64,000 nucleotides of DNA from Octopus vulgaris. Taxonomy: Eukaryota. Both the position numbers and the translations under genes were made by a program. Below are positions 51,161 to 64,000 of this stretch, piece after piece; the stretch's first letter is position 1, and every line of letters starts with the position of its first letter. Where the stretch lies: NCBI GenBank assembly GCA_951406725.2, contig OX597817.1:131812001-131876000 (forward strand), read 5' to 3'. Under the pieces are notes generated by a model. The model worked only from the letters and a program-made list of their open reading frames with translations. It made no database searches and had not been told where the DNA came from.

Positions 51161-51345
51161 AACTGCTTGACAAAAGGTGTTGGTGTGTTTATGCTCTCGT
51201 AAATTAGGGGTTCGGCAAAAGGGACCAATACAATAACTACTAGATTTAAGAACATAATAAATACTGGGGTGTATTCCGCTCGACGAAAATTCTTCAAGGC
51301 AGCGCCCCAGCATGGCCTCACTCTAACGACTGAAACAAGTGGAAA
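50895..51345 (+). mobile_element. SINE family B with long (TG)n core
   Basis: CCACTGCATGGCACCTTGGGCG..GAGTGGATTTGGTAGACAGAAG-(TG)n-GCTTGACAAAAGGTGTTGG..CCCCAGCATGGCC..GACTGAAACAAG. Confidence 0.85.
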
Positions 51346-51560
51346 AACGTCCAAAAGAATCGAGAAAAAATAAATAATTCTCAGTAATGAAGTCGTTTCC
51401 AGTGTCAGTAATTTACCAATAAATATTTGAACGATATTGAAATGTGAAGAAAATATGGAACAAATAACGAAGTGGACTCTGTTGAAGATACGTTACTTTT
51501 ATTGTTGATATTTTAATCTTCATAAATAAACCATATATAAAGACAGGAATTGGATACAGA

Positions 51561-51935
51561 AGGCGGCCAACTGACAGAATCGTTAGCAGTATTTCGTCTG
51601 CCGCTACGTTCTGAGTTCAAATTCCGCCGAAGTCGACTTTGCCTTCCAGGTCGTTGAAAGAAGCACTAGATCGCACTGGGGTCAGTATAATAGACTATCT
51701 CTCTTCCCCCAAAATGTTCAAGGCCTTGTACCTAGAGTAGAAATAATTATTGATTGGATACAGCAGGCGGTGATCCGGCAGAATCGTTAGCACACCGGGC
51801 GAAATACTTAGCGGTATTTCGTCTGCTGCTATATTCTGAGTTCAAATTCCGCCGAGGTCGACTTTGCCTTTCATCTTCGAGATCTATGAAATAAGTACCA
51901 GTTACGCACTGGGGTTGATATAATCGACTAGCCCC
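51561..51935 (+). mobile_element. Two tandem SINE family A copies (51561-51748, 51765-51935)
   Basis: Both preceded by TTGGATACAG.AGGCGG; both contain GTATTTCGTCTGC..TTCTGAGTTCAAATTCCGCCGA.GTCGACTTTGCC. Confidence 0.9.
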
Positions 51936-52578
51936 CCCCCCCACCTTCTTTCAAAATTCTTATATCTGTTAAATTGAACAAAATGTGATGTTCTCAACCT
52001 GACTCCTTATACACTTACAATATGAAGCATTTGCTATACACAGTAAGAAAACAACTCTAAGTAGCATAATGTTTATGAATAACGCATTTATACTCTGGAA
52101 AATTCTTCACAAAAATAAACGATTAGTGATGGAAGCAACAGCTGTAACACACTGCAGCGGGGCAGTAAACACTTACACAACCATATTAACCACAAATAGG
52201 ACTAAACATCTGTTATAGATGAATGAGTCTTAATATTCAAGTTCAGCCGCAAATGACTACAACATTACCGAAGGGACAGTAAGCCAGACGTCAGAAACAC
52301 TTCGAGCTGCAGATGAGACCACGAAGATCAGCATAGGTTGATGCTGGATTTAAGAAGTTTATTGTTTCAAATACAGAGCAACGAATTCTTATGAAGGTAT
52401 AAAAGTATTACAAAAACTTGATGAAATAGCATTAAATCACTGAGTTAGTTTTCATGCATTTCTAAAAGAAGAGCTGTTTGTACAAACACGTGCATACGTA
52501 CGCTTACATACATATATTAAAAATAGATATAGATACATACATGCGCATACACCCTCCACTTGCATATATATATATATG

Positions 52579-52664
<86 letters not shown>

Positions 52665-52668
52665 CATG

Positions 52669-52713
<45 letters not shown>

Positions 52714-52765
52714 ATATATATATGTATATACATACATGTATGTATATATATATATATATATATAT

Positions 52766-52849
<84 letters not shown>

Positions 52850-53183
52850 ATGTAAAAAAATACATTCAGTATAAGTGAAGGCATACTCAATATAAAGATG
52901 GTTTTCAAAGAATAGAAATATATATATTATAGAAATATCTATGCCTTAATATATTTTAAGTTCCTTGAATTTAATAATTTCATGATATGTGTGTGTATGT
53001 ATGTGTTTGTGTGTGTGTGTGTGTACATGCGTGTTTGTCTTAATGTATACGTGCACACATACAAAAGTGAGTGTACATACACACATATGTTGTAGGTATA
53101 TATGTATATATACACACGTTATTTTTGGAAATATTATGTCAACACTATGTGTGTGTGTCGGAGTGTATACATACATATATACA

Positions 53184-53249
<66 letters not shown>

Positions 53250-54019
53250 AACATTAACATTATGCATATACGAACATAAATACATATGCGTCTTCGATTA
53301 CTTGCGATTTCCAATATCCAAATCAGAGAACACCAATGATGTTCTTTCCCAAATATATATCATTTGTAATAGTTTTTAATAACAAAAGAAAAATCTGATT
53401 TGACATCAATCCAGATCAAATTATTAGTCCAATATATGGCATGTATGCATAAAATCGAACTGATCGATGTCCTTGTTATCTAATCCTGTTATCATTTATT
53501 CTACAGAAAACCTCTTCTGCTGCCAGTACAGCCATTTATTCTAATCGCTCTTTGATCGTATACAAAGATATACGTTTGTAATATCTTCAATATAAAAAAT
53601 TCTTTCACTGAAATAAAAAGCAAATACCATATTACTTGATTTGGCATTCACACATTGAGAATATGGCAATGGAATAAATTACAATGTATTGTAGCTTAGA
53701 AGAATGCCGTAATTCTATACTCTTGGACAATAATTTCAAAATAGTCCGACTACTTATTAATGATTGCTACTGTTATACGAAACTATGGCAGATGACGTAA
53801 GCGTTGCTTTCTTTAGCTGATTTGATTTATACTTCAATCAAACAAATCGCTCTTTCTACTTAAAATAATTTTTATTCATTTCAAAATTAGTTTCAGTATC
53901 TGTTCAGCTTTCCTCAAATGTAATTATTTAAAACAGACTATAAAGGAAAATGATTTATTTGCTATAGGTAATTTATCATGGAAATCTCAATAAAAGATCA
54001 AGAATATTAATTTAGATAA

Positions 54020-54208
54020 TTAGTTTGTTTCCCAATCACAACCTTCTGAGTTCCGTCCCACTGCGTGTCACCTTGTGCAAGTGACTTCGGGCCGACAAAA
54101 GTCTTGTGAGTGGATTTAGTAGATGAAAACTGAAAACGTGTAGATGAAAATGTGTCGTATCGTCGTATGTGTATGTGTGTGTGTATGTGTGTGTGTGTAT
54201 GTGTGTGC

Positions 54209-54276
<68 letters not shown>

Positions 54277-54480
54277 AAAAACTATGTGTGCCTTTGTACC
54301 TGTATTTCTCCATCTCCACCGCTTCGCTGCCAGTGTTGGTGTGTTTAAGTCACCGTAACTTAGCGGTTCGGCTAAAGAAACCGATAGAATATGTACGAGG
54401 CTTTAACAAAAATTAGTACTGGGGGCGAGTCATTCGACTAAAATTCTTGGCCGCAGTCTAATGACTTAATTGAATAAAGG
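54020..54480 (+). mobile_element. SINE family B
   Basis: GTCCCACTGCGTGTCACCTTG..TTGTGAGTGGATTTAGTAGATGAAAACTGAAA-microsatellite-GTTGGTGTGTTTAAGTCACCGTAACTTAGCGGTTCGGC. Confidence 0.85.
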
Positions 54481-54892
54481 AAAGAAACCCCTCCAGATTG
54501 CTTTTACTGAATGTTGAGAGTTGGTTTAGATCTTTTGTTTCGTTATGGTTTCAGCAGAGAACGATGAACATCAGCCTTGACCATTTTTAGAAAACTCCCA
54601 AGACTGGGTGGAACAATTCAGAGACGTGATTGAAGTGTTTTCATCGAAGGAGGCACTTCGAAAATTACTCAAATGCCAAGTGATCGAGTTACCCAGGAAA
54701 CGCGTCACGTTGACCACTACAAACGATTGTTTATTCTTGTTTCGATTGAATTAGACTTGAAGACGGTCCCTTGGCAAAGTTGTTGGAACCTCGGCCAAAT
54801 GTCTTGCAGGATTTATTCTGATAAGGAGACTCCCCAAAGTTGTCTACTCAACTTTTTAGCCTTTCAGTATATCAATATATGTGAAGGTGCGA

Positions 54893-55272
54893 GGCGCCGA
54901 GAGCTGGCAGAAACGTTGGCACGCCGGGCGAAATGCTTTGCGGTATTTTGTCTGCCGCTACGTTCTGAGTTCAAATTCCGCCAAGGTCGACTTTGCCTTT
55001 CATCCTTTCGGGGTCGATTAAATAAGTACCAGTTACGCGCTGGGATCGATATAATCGACTTAATCCCTTTGTCTGTCCTTGTTTGTCCTCTTTGTCTTTA
55101 GTCCCTTGAGGGTAGTAAAGAAATAGGTATTTCGGCTGTCTTTACGTTCTGAGTTCAAATTCCGCCGAGGTCGAATTTGCTTTAAATTAAGTACCAGTTG
55201 CGTACTTGGGTCGATCTAATCGACTGGCCCCTCACCCAAAATTTCGGGCCTTGTGTCTAGAGTAGAAAAGAA
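54893..55272 (+). mobile_element. SINE family A full copy (to ~55125) followed directly by a 5'-truncated family A copy with the alternative tail
   Basis: GAGCTGGCAGAAACGTTGGCACGCCGGGCGAAATG..GTAGTAAAGAAATA|GGTATTTCGGCTGTCTTTACGTTCTGAG..CCTTGTGTCTAGAGTAGAAAAG. Confidence 0.9.
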
Positions 55273-55281
55273 TATATGTGA

Positions 55282-55630
55282 TGGCGCATGGGTATGTAGT
55301 TAGGGTATTCGGCTCACGATCGTAAGTTTGAAAGATCGATACTTCACGGCGTGTTGTGTTCTTGAGCAAGACACTTTATTTCACTTTGCTCCAGTTCACA
55401 CAGCTGGAGAAAAAAAATAGTTGAGCCTGTATTTCAAAAGGTCAGCCTTGTCAGGTTCTGTGTTACGCTGAATTTCTTTGGCTGTGTGGTAAGTAGCTTG
55501 CTAACCAACCACATGGTTCCGGGTTCAGTCCCACTGCGTGGCATCTTGGGCAAGTGTCTTCTGCTATAGCCCCGGGCCGACCAATGCCTTGTGAGTGGAT
55601 TTGGTAGACGGAAACTGAAAGAAGCCTGTC

Positions 55631-55694
<64 letters not shown>

Positions 55695-56010
55695 ATGTGT
55701 GTGTTTGTGTGTCTTGACAACCGATGCTGGTGTGTTTACGTCCCCGTCACTTAGCGGTTCGGCAAAAAGAGACCGATAGAATAAGTACTGGCTTACAAAG
55801 AATAAGTCCCGGGGTCGATTTGCTCGACTAAAGGCGGTGCTCCTGCATGGCCGCAGTCAAATGACTGAAACAAGTAAAAGAGTAAAAGAGAGAGTATAAA
55901 GGGTACCTGCGTATGTGGTTTGCTCAGCCACTTGCACGTTAATTTCACAAGCAGGCTGTTCCGTTGAACCGACCAACTGGGACCATCATCGTCGCAACAG
56001 ACGGAGTGTC
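55282..56010 (+). mobile_element. SINE family C interrupted by a young family B SINE (55478-55893)
   Basis: Family C 5' part ends TTACGCTGAATTTCT and resumes AAGGGTACCTGCGTATGTGG..GCTCAGCCACTTGCACG; the insert is a near-complete family B. Confidence 0.9.
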
Positions 56011-57164
56011 AGTTGCCGTGTGATGTCAACATATACCATACTCTAGCAATTTTATACTGACGCTGATATACTCGCCTCACCACTCTCTCTGTTTTTGTCT
56101 TTCACTTCATCGAATTCCGCTGTTCTGCTGTGAGCAGGCTTACGGGTATAGGAACCACCTACAGCGTTCTTTTCCTTTTTCAAGAAAGGTGGTTGGATTG
56201 AGTGAGCAGCTAATTAATATCACTATATATTGGTTTGTCAGATAAATTCGTTAACTGTGTTAACAGGAGTCGCTCTACATTTCCTTATAGAGGTGACTTG
56301 TTCTAATTAAAGTCACTCTATGTTTCTTTAAACTGTCGTATACGAACTAAACTAGAATCACTTTGTTTTTCAGTGAGTAGCTGTAGTAACTAGTATCAAA
56401 GTCATTCAATATTTCGTTGAGTAAATTTGTGCTAATTACAATCACTGTCATTTTTTTTTTATCTTGAGCTGCTGTGAGTTAACTAGCGTTACTATACATT
56501 TCACTAACTAGTCTCATTACGTGTATCTCCCGATCAAGAGGAGATATCATTATCATTATCAGAAATCAAAGCTGTGACTTGTTAGTAATTTAAATTGGCT
56601 AAGTAATTGAGACGGATGAAAGAGAAGAGTTTACAGAATAACGAATCCAAAAATTTATTATAGATAAGATTTTACTGTCGTTTTATGTTAAAGTTATTTT
56701 CTTTGACCTACCTCAGTTATCGTACCCTTCCCCTAAATTCTTATTCAGATATTTACTAAGAACTTTGCATTGATTTCTTTTAGCTGCTATTTTTCAAAGT
56801 GATTTCTTCTGCCTTCTGTAGGAAATGGGATTATGCTCGGTGGTAGAGGTCTTTCTCTGGTAATTAAATTACGCTAAGGGAGTTTCTCGGGTCGAAATCG
56901 AATAAGATTTATGATCGTCTAATTACAGATCATTTCAATCTATCATGCCAGGAACATATCTCGAATGCCGATATAAAATCAATAATAATAGCCAAACTTT
57001 TTTCAAAAACAGCACAAGAATATTTGAGTCAAGAGATTCCTGCCAAAAATGTAATGTATTTCTGTATTTCACTCAAAGCCCACAAGGAATGGCTTTACAC
57101 ATGTGATGCAGGATGGGTAAACTATACGCTTGAGCATACATACATCTTTTATGTTTCATCATGT

Positions 57165-57327
57165 ATTTGTTTCAGTCATTTGACTAGCAAATAGATCCAA
57201 GAACATAATCTATCGATCTCTTTTGCCGAGCCGCGAGTTTACAGGAGCATAAACAGCAACACCGGTTCTAATCGGTGCTGGGGGACAAATACAGACGCAA
57301 AGATACATATACTTAGATACATACATA

Positions 57328-57369
<42 letters not shown>

Positions 57370-57525
57370 ACGGGCTTCTTCCAGTCTTCCAGTTTCTGTC
57401 TACGAGATCCACTCACGAGGCTTGGTCGGCCCGAGGCTAAAGGAGAAAGTCGCCCAAGGTGCCGCGCAGTGGGACGAAACCCTGAAACATGTGGTTGGAA
57501 AGCAAGTTTCTCACCACACACCTAC
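57165..57525 (-). mobile_element. SINE family B
   Basis: TTTCAGTCATTTGACT..TCTTTTGCCGAGCCGC..-(TA)n-..CCAAGGTGCCGCGCAGTGGGACGAAACCC..GTGGTTGGAAAGCAAG. Confidence 0.85.
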
Positions 57526-57912
57526 ATACAAACATACATACATATATATATATACACATACATACCTCACATAAATACACACATACATATATATATACTC
57601 TCTCTATTTCTCCCTCCCCCCTCTCTCTCTGCATATATATATATATGATTATATAAATAAACATCATTACACACACGCGCACAGACATACCTACAAACGG
57701 AAACAGTCATGTATTGAAAATATCTAAAAAGAGCTGATTTTCAAGCACAGATATATAAACATCGCATAGCTGTGATAAGCCCCATTCATTTCAAATTGAA
57801 CCAATAGAAAACACCTTTAATTACTTTCCCATACAAACAGTTTTGAAATATTACCGCTCAAAGCATTCAATAGAAAATCCCTATATATACCAAAACACAA
57901 ACTAAAATTCTA

Positions 57913-57943
<31 letters not shown>

Positions 57944-58108
57944 ACAAAATCACCTATAACCCACCCACGAACTTACCAGAAACACATTAATAACACTCCA
58001 GTAAATAAGATTGCAAGAAATGCAGACAGCGTGCCACAGAGATAAGTCATACTACCAATGAAAAACAAACAATAAACACAAGAACAAGACCGCCCCACAT
58101 ACACCAAA

Positions 58109-58229
<121 letters not shown>

Positions 58230-58486
58230 CATCGTCTTTGTATCGTCCTTGCTCTTTTGTATCGCCTATCTGGATGTTTTGCGTTCTTGTCCCATTTTGT
58301 ATTCTATATATATACACATTATTATGGCTGCCCCCTCGTTATCTTAACTGTTACTGGTGCTGTTACTGGCCCAGCTAAAGATCTACAATGTCTTGTACAA
58401 ATTGGCAACTAAAACCTTTACTGGTAATGGGCGGCTGTAGTTGTAACTGGGCTTCATGTACCTTTGTATGTCGTATATATATATTT

Positions 58487-58547
<61 letters not shown>

Positions 58548-58683
58548 TATATATTATATATATATACATATATATATATGTATGTATATACGCACACACT
58601 CCAGAAATACAGATCGTAACATTTTCAGCAGAAGGTCGCTTTGGGCTGGAACTCGAGTGCGTGACAAAATATCAGCTTCAGTT

Positions 58684-58823
<140 letters not shown>

Positions 58824-58825
<2 letters not shown>

Positions 58826-59766
58826 TATCTTGCACAAAGAAATGAAAGACTGCCATCAACATGTGAGCTGTTGCTGTAGTCTGCTATAGTGCACCCATCC
58901 TGAAATGGACACAAGCGAAGATTGACCGATTCAATCGCACTAGCGGAAAGACAATGAAAATGCATGGTGCCCCCCAGGCTAAGTCGAATGCTCACAGGAT
59001 CTACATGAAGAGTGGTAAGGGTGGACATGGGCTGATTAGGGTATGGGAGTGCATCAACATTGAAAGAAGGAATGTGGCAGAATATTTGGTAAACAGCAAG
59101 CAAGACCTGCTACAATATGCTGCTAATGCAGAAGGGTTTAACAAAAATGGACTTGAGAGTTCTCATGAATTCCAATCAAGAGCAGCCAACGAGAGAGAAG
59201 AAACCTTATTCCGCATGGAATTGCATGGCCGATTCCACCGTGAAACCAACAAATTAAAAGACCATCATGGAGATGGCTCGACAAGGGTGACCTAAAACAG
59301 AATATCGGAATATTGGAAGCGTAATCATCACTACCCAGGGCCGCCAGACTTTGAATACCAACTCAGTGAAAAGTATATATACCACACAAGTGCAACGGAC
59401 CACTGCAGAATGTGTTGGAAGAGGGTCGAAAGTGTGATGCACATTGTTAGTGCTTGAGAAAGTCTTGCGCAGAAAGAGTACAAGCGTAAACACGACATGG
59501 TAGCCCCAAACCTCCACTGGCTACTATGCCGCAAGTATTGATGTGAGGTTACGGGTGCTTGGTACCAACATACACCGGAAAAGGTACTGGACAAAAAGGG
59601 GAAAGCAAAAATCCTCTGCGACTTTGATTTCCAGACGGACAAGATATTAGAACATCGAAGGCGGGATATAGTAACATTTAGGAGGGACAAACAAGAGTGG
59701 CTACTGATTGATGTGTTTGTGCCAGGAGATCAACATATATCATCATGAAAGAAAGAGTAAATGTTG

Positions 59767-59772
<6 letters not shown>
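58824..59772 (+). pseudogene. R4/Dong-like RLE non-LTR retrotransposon, 5'-truncated (RT thumb, CCHC knuckle, endonuclease)
   Basis: RIYMKSGKGGHGL, LHGRF, WLDKGDL, CRMCWKRVESVMHIVSA*..EYKRKHD, WYQHTPEKVL, ILCDFDFQTDKILEHRRRDIV..LIDVFVPGD; several stops and frameshifts. Confidence 0.9.
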
Positions 59773-59819
<47 letters not shown>

Positions 59820-59821
<2 letters not shown>

Positions 59822-60045
59822 GTAATCCATCGCCTATTGCGGGTGATACGTTCAATAACATCTTCGCGATAGGTGAAAATCCGCGAAGTACAAACAGTAC
59901 TGTATAATATTTTTTTTCTATTATTATTTTTACAATTTGTTTATATTTATTTTATTATAAATGCAAAACAACACCACGAAGGAATCAACGTAAGCTTAAA
60001 TAATAAACAGCAATGGGTGAACCGTGATATGGCGAGGGATTACTG
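59820..60045. mobile_element. pogo/Tigger-like MITE
   Basis: TIRs CAGTAATCCATCGCC and GGCGAGGGATTACTG, AT-rich interior. Confidence 0.85.
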
Positions 60046-60226
60046 TGTATAAAAGACCTCTACCCTCATGTATACCTTTACATTGCACACACACACATAC
60101 ACACATACACACACATGCTTGCACACACACATATATTTGTATGAATCTATCCATCTCTATATGTATATGTGTATGATGTATGTATGTATGTATGTGTATA
60201 TATATATATCTATATCTATCTATTTA

Positions 60227-60268
<42 letters not shown>

Positions 60269-60549
60269 CAAACATACATACATATATAGATTTATATGCA
60301 TTTGTATAGACATATGTATATGTGGGTGGGTGTGCGGTCATATCTATCGCCTGCATCATTAATTGGATGAAGGTAATTAGTGACGAATAATGTTGATTTT
60401 ATGAGATGAGTCGCAAGTCAGAGTTTCTGAAGAGAAAGGGGAGCAAGCTGAATTTGTCCAGTAACTTATTGAATGTTAATCTCTTAATCTCAAACCTTGG
60501 GAGATGAGAAACAAAGTCAACTTAATGAAAATATTAATTCATAGCTAAG

Positions 60550-60600
<51 letters not shown>

Positions 60601-61714
60601 GGGGAGAGGGAGAGAGAGATTGAAAATAGCCTAAAACTGTAAATCCATTCCGTTATATTCCTGTTGATTTTATGCCATCCGGATAAATTTAATATAAAAA
60701 TACAATTATTAACCAATCTATCCGTGATAAGGAATCAAAGCAGTATAAATACCTAAACGGGTTAAAATACAATTCTCTACGGTAATTAACAATTACAATA
60801 CCAACTTGAGAAAGACAAGCAAGGAATTTAGTGTAAAATTGAAAGTAGTTGAGTTGAAAACATCTGAAGAATATTCCGCGGCATAATGGCAAGGCAATTT
60901 CTTCTGTTTTCTGAACAATGACATGCGTTTTAACGTTTGGAGCCAAATAGCTTGAGCCAAATTAGTAAGACATTTGAAACTTCGTATTATTTATGTTGGT
61001 AGTGGGGGGGCATGCGCTATTGCAGAGAGTTTCTGCATACACTGTTTGTCGGTCTATTCCCGGGTCATCCTGAGCGACCCGTCGAGCAGAGTTATAGTCA
61101 GTCTCCATATCTACGAGATGCTTCTTTATCTGTCGTGACCATGTGGCATGTCATCGACCAACTCGAGCCGTCAACCCAACCGGATCTTCAGTGAAGAGAA
61201 CATGATAGCGCAAAGTGCTACTCGAGGCAACAAACAGCGTGAGCTGGCGTTCCTGATTAATACATGTAACAGGACACATCCCAGTTTCTGAGTAGAGTCG
61301 TTGGTTGGATATAACAAGGTTACTTTCTACTGGCAAGAGGCCAAAAATTTTTGGAGTGGGGTGAAGTCCATTACATCGATCCCAATGCTCAGCTGGAATT
61401 AATTTCATTGATGCCAAAAAACGATACAGATGCGAATATATTATCAGACCAGAAAACCCCAAATGTTCGCGAAGCGATAAAAGCACCGTATTATATAGTA
61501 CTGCCATGTCTTCTAGCATATTCCGCTGCGCCAAAGTGTGGCATCTGGCTAACCCGGCAGATTGTTTAATCAAACCGTCTACATCAGCGACATTTTGACT
61601 TGAGTAAAAGTTTTGCCTTATGTACCATCAAATACATTATGTACCAATCGTATTCATACTTTTTTTTAATTTTAAAAACTCTATTTTCCTTATTTTTATA
61701 AACCAGACTCGAGT

Positions 61715-61980
61715 AGGCACAGGTGTGACAGTGTGGAACGAAATTTGCTTCTCCATCTCATGGTCCCAGGTTCGGTCCCACTGCGTGGTATCTTGTTCAA
61801 GTGTCCTCTAATATAGCTTACCGAAAGTTGGATTTGGTAGACAGAAACTGAACGAAGCTCGTCGTCGTATATATATACATATAAAAGTACCAGGCGTAAA
61901 GAAATAATTGCTGGTGTCAATTCTATAAGGCGGTGCCCCAACATGGCCGCAGTATAATGACAAAAACAAGTAAAAGATAA
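61715..61980 (+). mobile_element. SINE family B, internally deleted
   Basis: CATGGTCCCAGGTTCGGTCCCACTGCGTGG..GGATTTGGTAGACAGAAACTGAACG..AAGGCGGTGCCCCAACATGGCCGCAGT. Confidence 0.8.
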
Positions 61981-62316
61981 AATATACCCAAAGCAATGCA
62001 TTTTTCATTTAACCTTAGACTGAATGTCAATATTTTAAGTGCTTGCGTCACATTTTATGTGGAGAAAAAAAAAAAAAAAAAAACTATATCGGTACTAAAC
62101 GATAGCAGCTTGTTTACACATAGCGTCCGGTCATTGACCCCACGAAACATCTGTTATACATTAATTGCGCGAGACAATAATCAATAAACTGTTACAAACA
62201 TTACATACACAGAAATAGCCAGAACGATTTCTGCATTTAAAAAATTTTGTTTTTGATTATTTTAGCATATTCTTCCGAGGCAATCAACCGACGTTTATAG
62301 TCACCCAAATGGTTTT

Positions 62317-62384
<68 letters not shown>

Positions 62385-62937
62385 GAGTGAGAGAGCAGTT
62401 CATGCCATCAAAGTGACACTGGGGTAAAATATACGAAGCCCAGTATACCCATCATGACTACCCGTCTGATAAAGGTACACCAGGCACATGCATCACAACC
62501 ACGTGTGCGCGACATGGTGATCTCATATCAAGATAAACAGCACATGACCTTGCAGGTGGGGCCCAGTTAGAAATTTCTTCGGGTTGAGTAGCCCATACCG
62601 CTCAAAAGGTCCCTGAATAAGGGTTGTTTAAGGATGTTGAAAGAACCACCCATGTTTCCAGAGGTGAACTATTCAAACCCCAAAGAATCCCTCTCAACAC
62701 ATGGCTATGATGCTCCCCCACTACTTCTGCTCGTGATCAGAGATGCACATATCGTCAGCCACTAAGGGACATGCTCAAATGGTTAAGGTCAAACAACTGA
62801 CAAGCAAATCTGTGGTATTGAGCAGAATATTTGCTGTAGCCATCTTTTATACCAAGACAAAACAATGTACATGATAACACTTCCAATCAGTTAAGATCAG
62901 AAGCCATGAGAGCCACTGCCTGGTACTGCATCAGGGC

Positions 62938-62939
<2 letters not shown>
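62385..62939 (-). mobile_element. 555-bp non-coding element inserted in (TAA)n
   Basis: Sharp boundaries with (TAA)n on both sides; its terminal ~95 bp recur at 63634-63728, again abutting (TAA)n; no ORF. Confidence 0.75.
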
Positions 62940-63000
<61 letters not shown>

Positions 63001-63004
63001 GGGA

Positions 63005-63160
63005 GTGAGGTGGCAGAATCATTACCGCTTTGCGGCATTTCGTCCGTCTTTACGTTCCTAGTTGAAATGCCACATAGATCGACTCTACCATTCATTCCTT
63101 CGACGTCGCTAAAACAAGAACCGGTTGAGCGCTGGGGTCGATGTAATCGACCGGCCTCTC
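63005..63160 (+). mobile_element. SINE family A, degenerate
   Basis: GAGGTGGCAGAATCATTA..GCGGCATTTCGTCCGTCTTTACGTT..GCTGGGGTCGATGTAATCGAC. Confidence 0.75.
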
Positions 63161-63164
63161 CTTT

Positions 63165-63519
63165 GTTAGGTAACAATCAGCCCCTTTTGCTATCATTCCC
63201 AAGGCACCTATGACAACAGGTATTGTTTTCGTCTTCAGGTTCCACATTTTGCTGATTTCTATTTCAAGATCTTTATATTTGGTCAGTTTTTGGTAGGTCT
63301 TGACAGATACGTTTATATCGATTGGGACAGTCATATCAATGAGGAGGGATATTCTTTGTTTGAAGTCTTTCAATATGATGTCTGGCCTACTTGCATCTAT
63401 CTTTCTGTCAGTTTGAATGGGGAAGTTCCAGAGGAGTGAGATGTGGTCCATTTTCAAGCACTGGAGGTGGTTTGTGTTCCCACCAGTTTTTTTCATGGGG
63501 CAAATCCAGGTTTTTGCAG

Positions 63520-63520
<1 letters not shown>
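63165..63520 (-). pseudogene. R4/Dong-like RLE endonuclease fragment, 5' end joined to (TAA)n
   Basis: WWEHKPPPVLEN / ISLLWNFPIQTDRKIDASRPDIILKD..LIDMTVPID..KLTKYKDLEIEISKMW..IPVVIGALG: intact PD..D and K..KY motifs. Confidence 0.9.
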
Positions 63521-63618
<98 letters not shown>

Positions 63619-63633
63619 GTTATTATTATTATT

Positions 63634-63728
63634 GAGTGAGAGAGCAGCACATGCCATCAAAGTGACACTAGGGTACAAATATACGAAGCCCAATATATCC
63701 ATCATAACTACCCATCTGATAAGGGTAC
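63634..63728 (-). mobile_element. Truncated second copy of the (TAA)n-targeted 555-bp element (3' end)
   Basis: GAGTGAGAGAGCAG..ATGCCATCAAAGTGACACT..AATATACGAAGCCCA..CTGATAA.GGTAC matches 62385-62480. Confidence 0.85.
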
Positions 63729-64000
63729 GCAACCTCCACTTTAAGCTGAAGATCAAGATTGGTTTTTGGTATTAATACTGTTTCAATCGCAATTAATAAT
63801 TTTTTTATCAAGTCCACTGGCTGTTTTCCCCCACCAGTGCCCGAATAGAAACTGAGATTTTCTATATCGCTGACGGGAAAGTCGGCTGTTATTGCGCTGC
63901 TGGAATCTTTTACTGAGGATCTTGTAGCAAGTTGAAATCATGCGAGTGCTTTTATGCTCCACGAGCACGTATGAGATATTCGTTCAATCTAAACAACACA

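Noticed and set aside
63730-63915. Open minus-strand frame KDSSSAITADFPVSDIENLSFYSGTGGEKQPVDLIKK..
   Set aside because: No recognisable domain, weak splice signals, and it runs into a repeat; insufficient support.

Overview
AT-rich, repeat-saturated eukaryotic DNA with no intact protein-coding gene. Nearly every ORF in the track is a translation artefact of (TA)n, (CA)n, (TATG)n, (CTAT)n or (TAA)n microsatellites. The SINE families and microsatellite load look like an octopus (coleoid cephalopod) genome; this is pattern recognition, not a database result, and the window is probably intronic or intergenic. It contains dozens of tRNA-derived SINEs from at least four families and decayed LINE fragments (R4/Dong-like RLE type, RTE, Tx1/L1, CR1-like). 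It also contains a Penelope-like GIY-YIG remnant with an inverted terminal copy, a full-length dead DD34D mariner, maT and mariner fragments, Helitron/Helentron-type non-autonomous elements, pogo/Tigger-like MITEs and several long foldbacks. The most notable signal is a set of short non-coding elements carrying minimal type-I hammerhead-ribozyme motifs of the Penelope-associated kind. Two related ~190-230 bp families embedded in (TA)n have covarying stem I and non-canonical cores (CCGACGA, CTGTWGA). A tRNA-headed SINE ends in a hammerhead-bearing 3' tail and is a candidate Penelope-mobilised SINE. A 555-bp non-coding element specifically embedded in (TAA)n next to R4/Dong fragments also stands out. 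Coordinates of decayed repeats are approximate (+/-10-20 bp).
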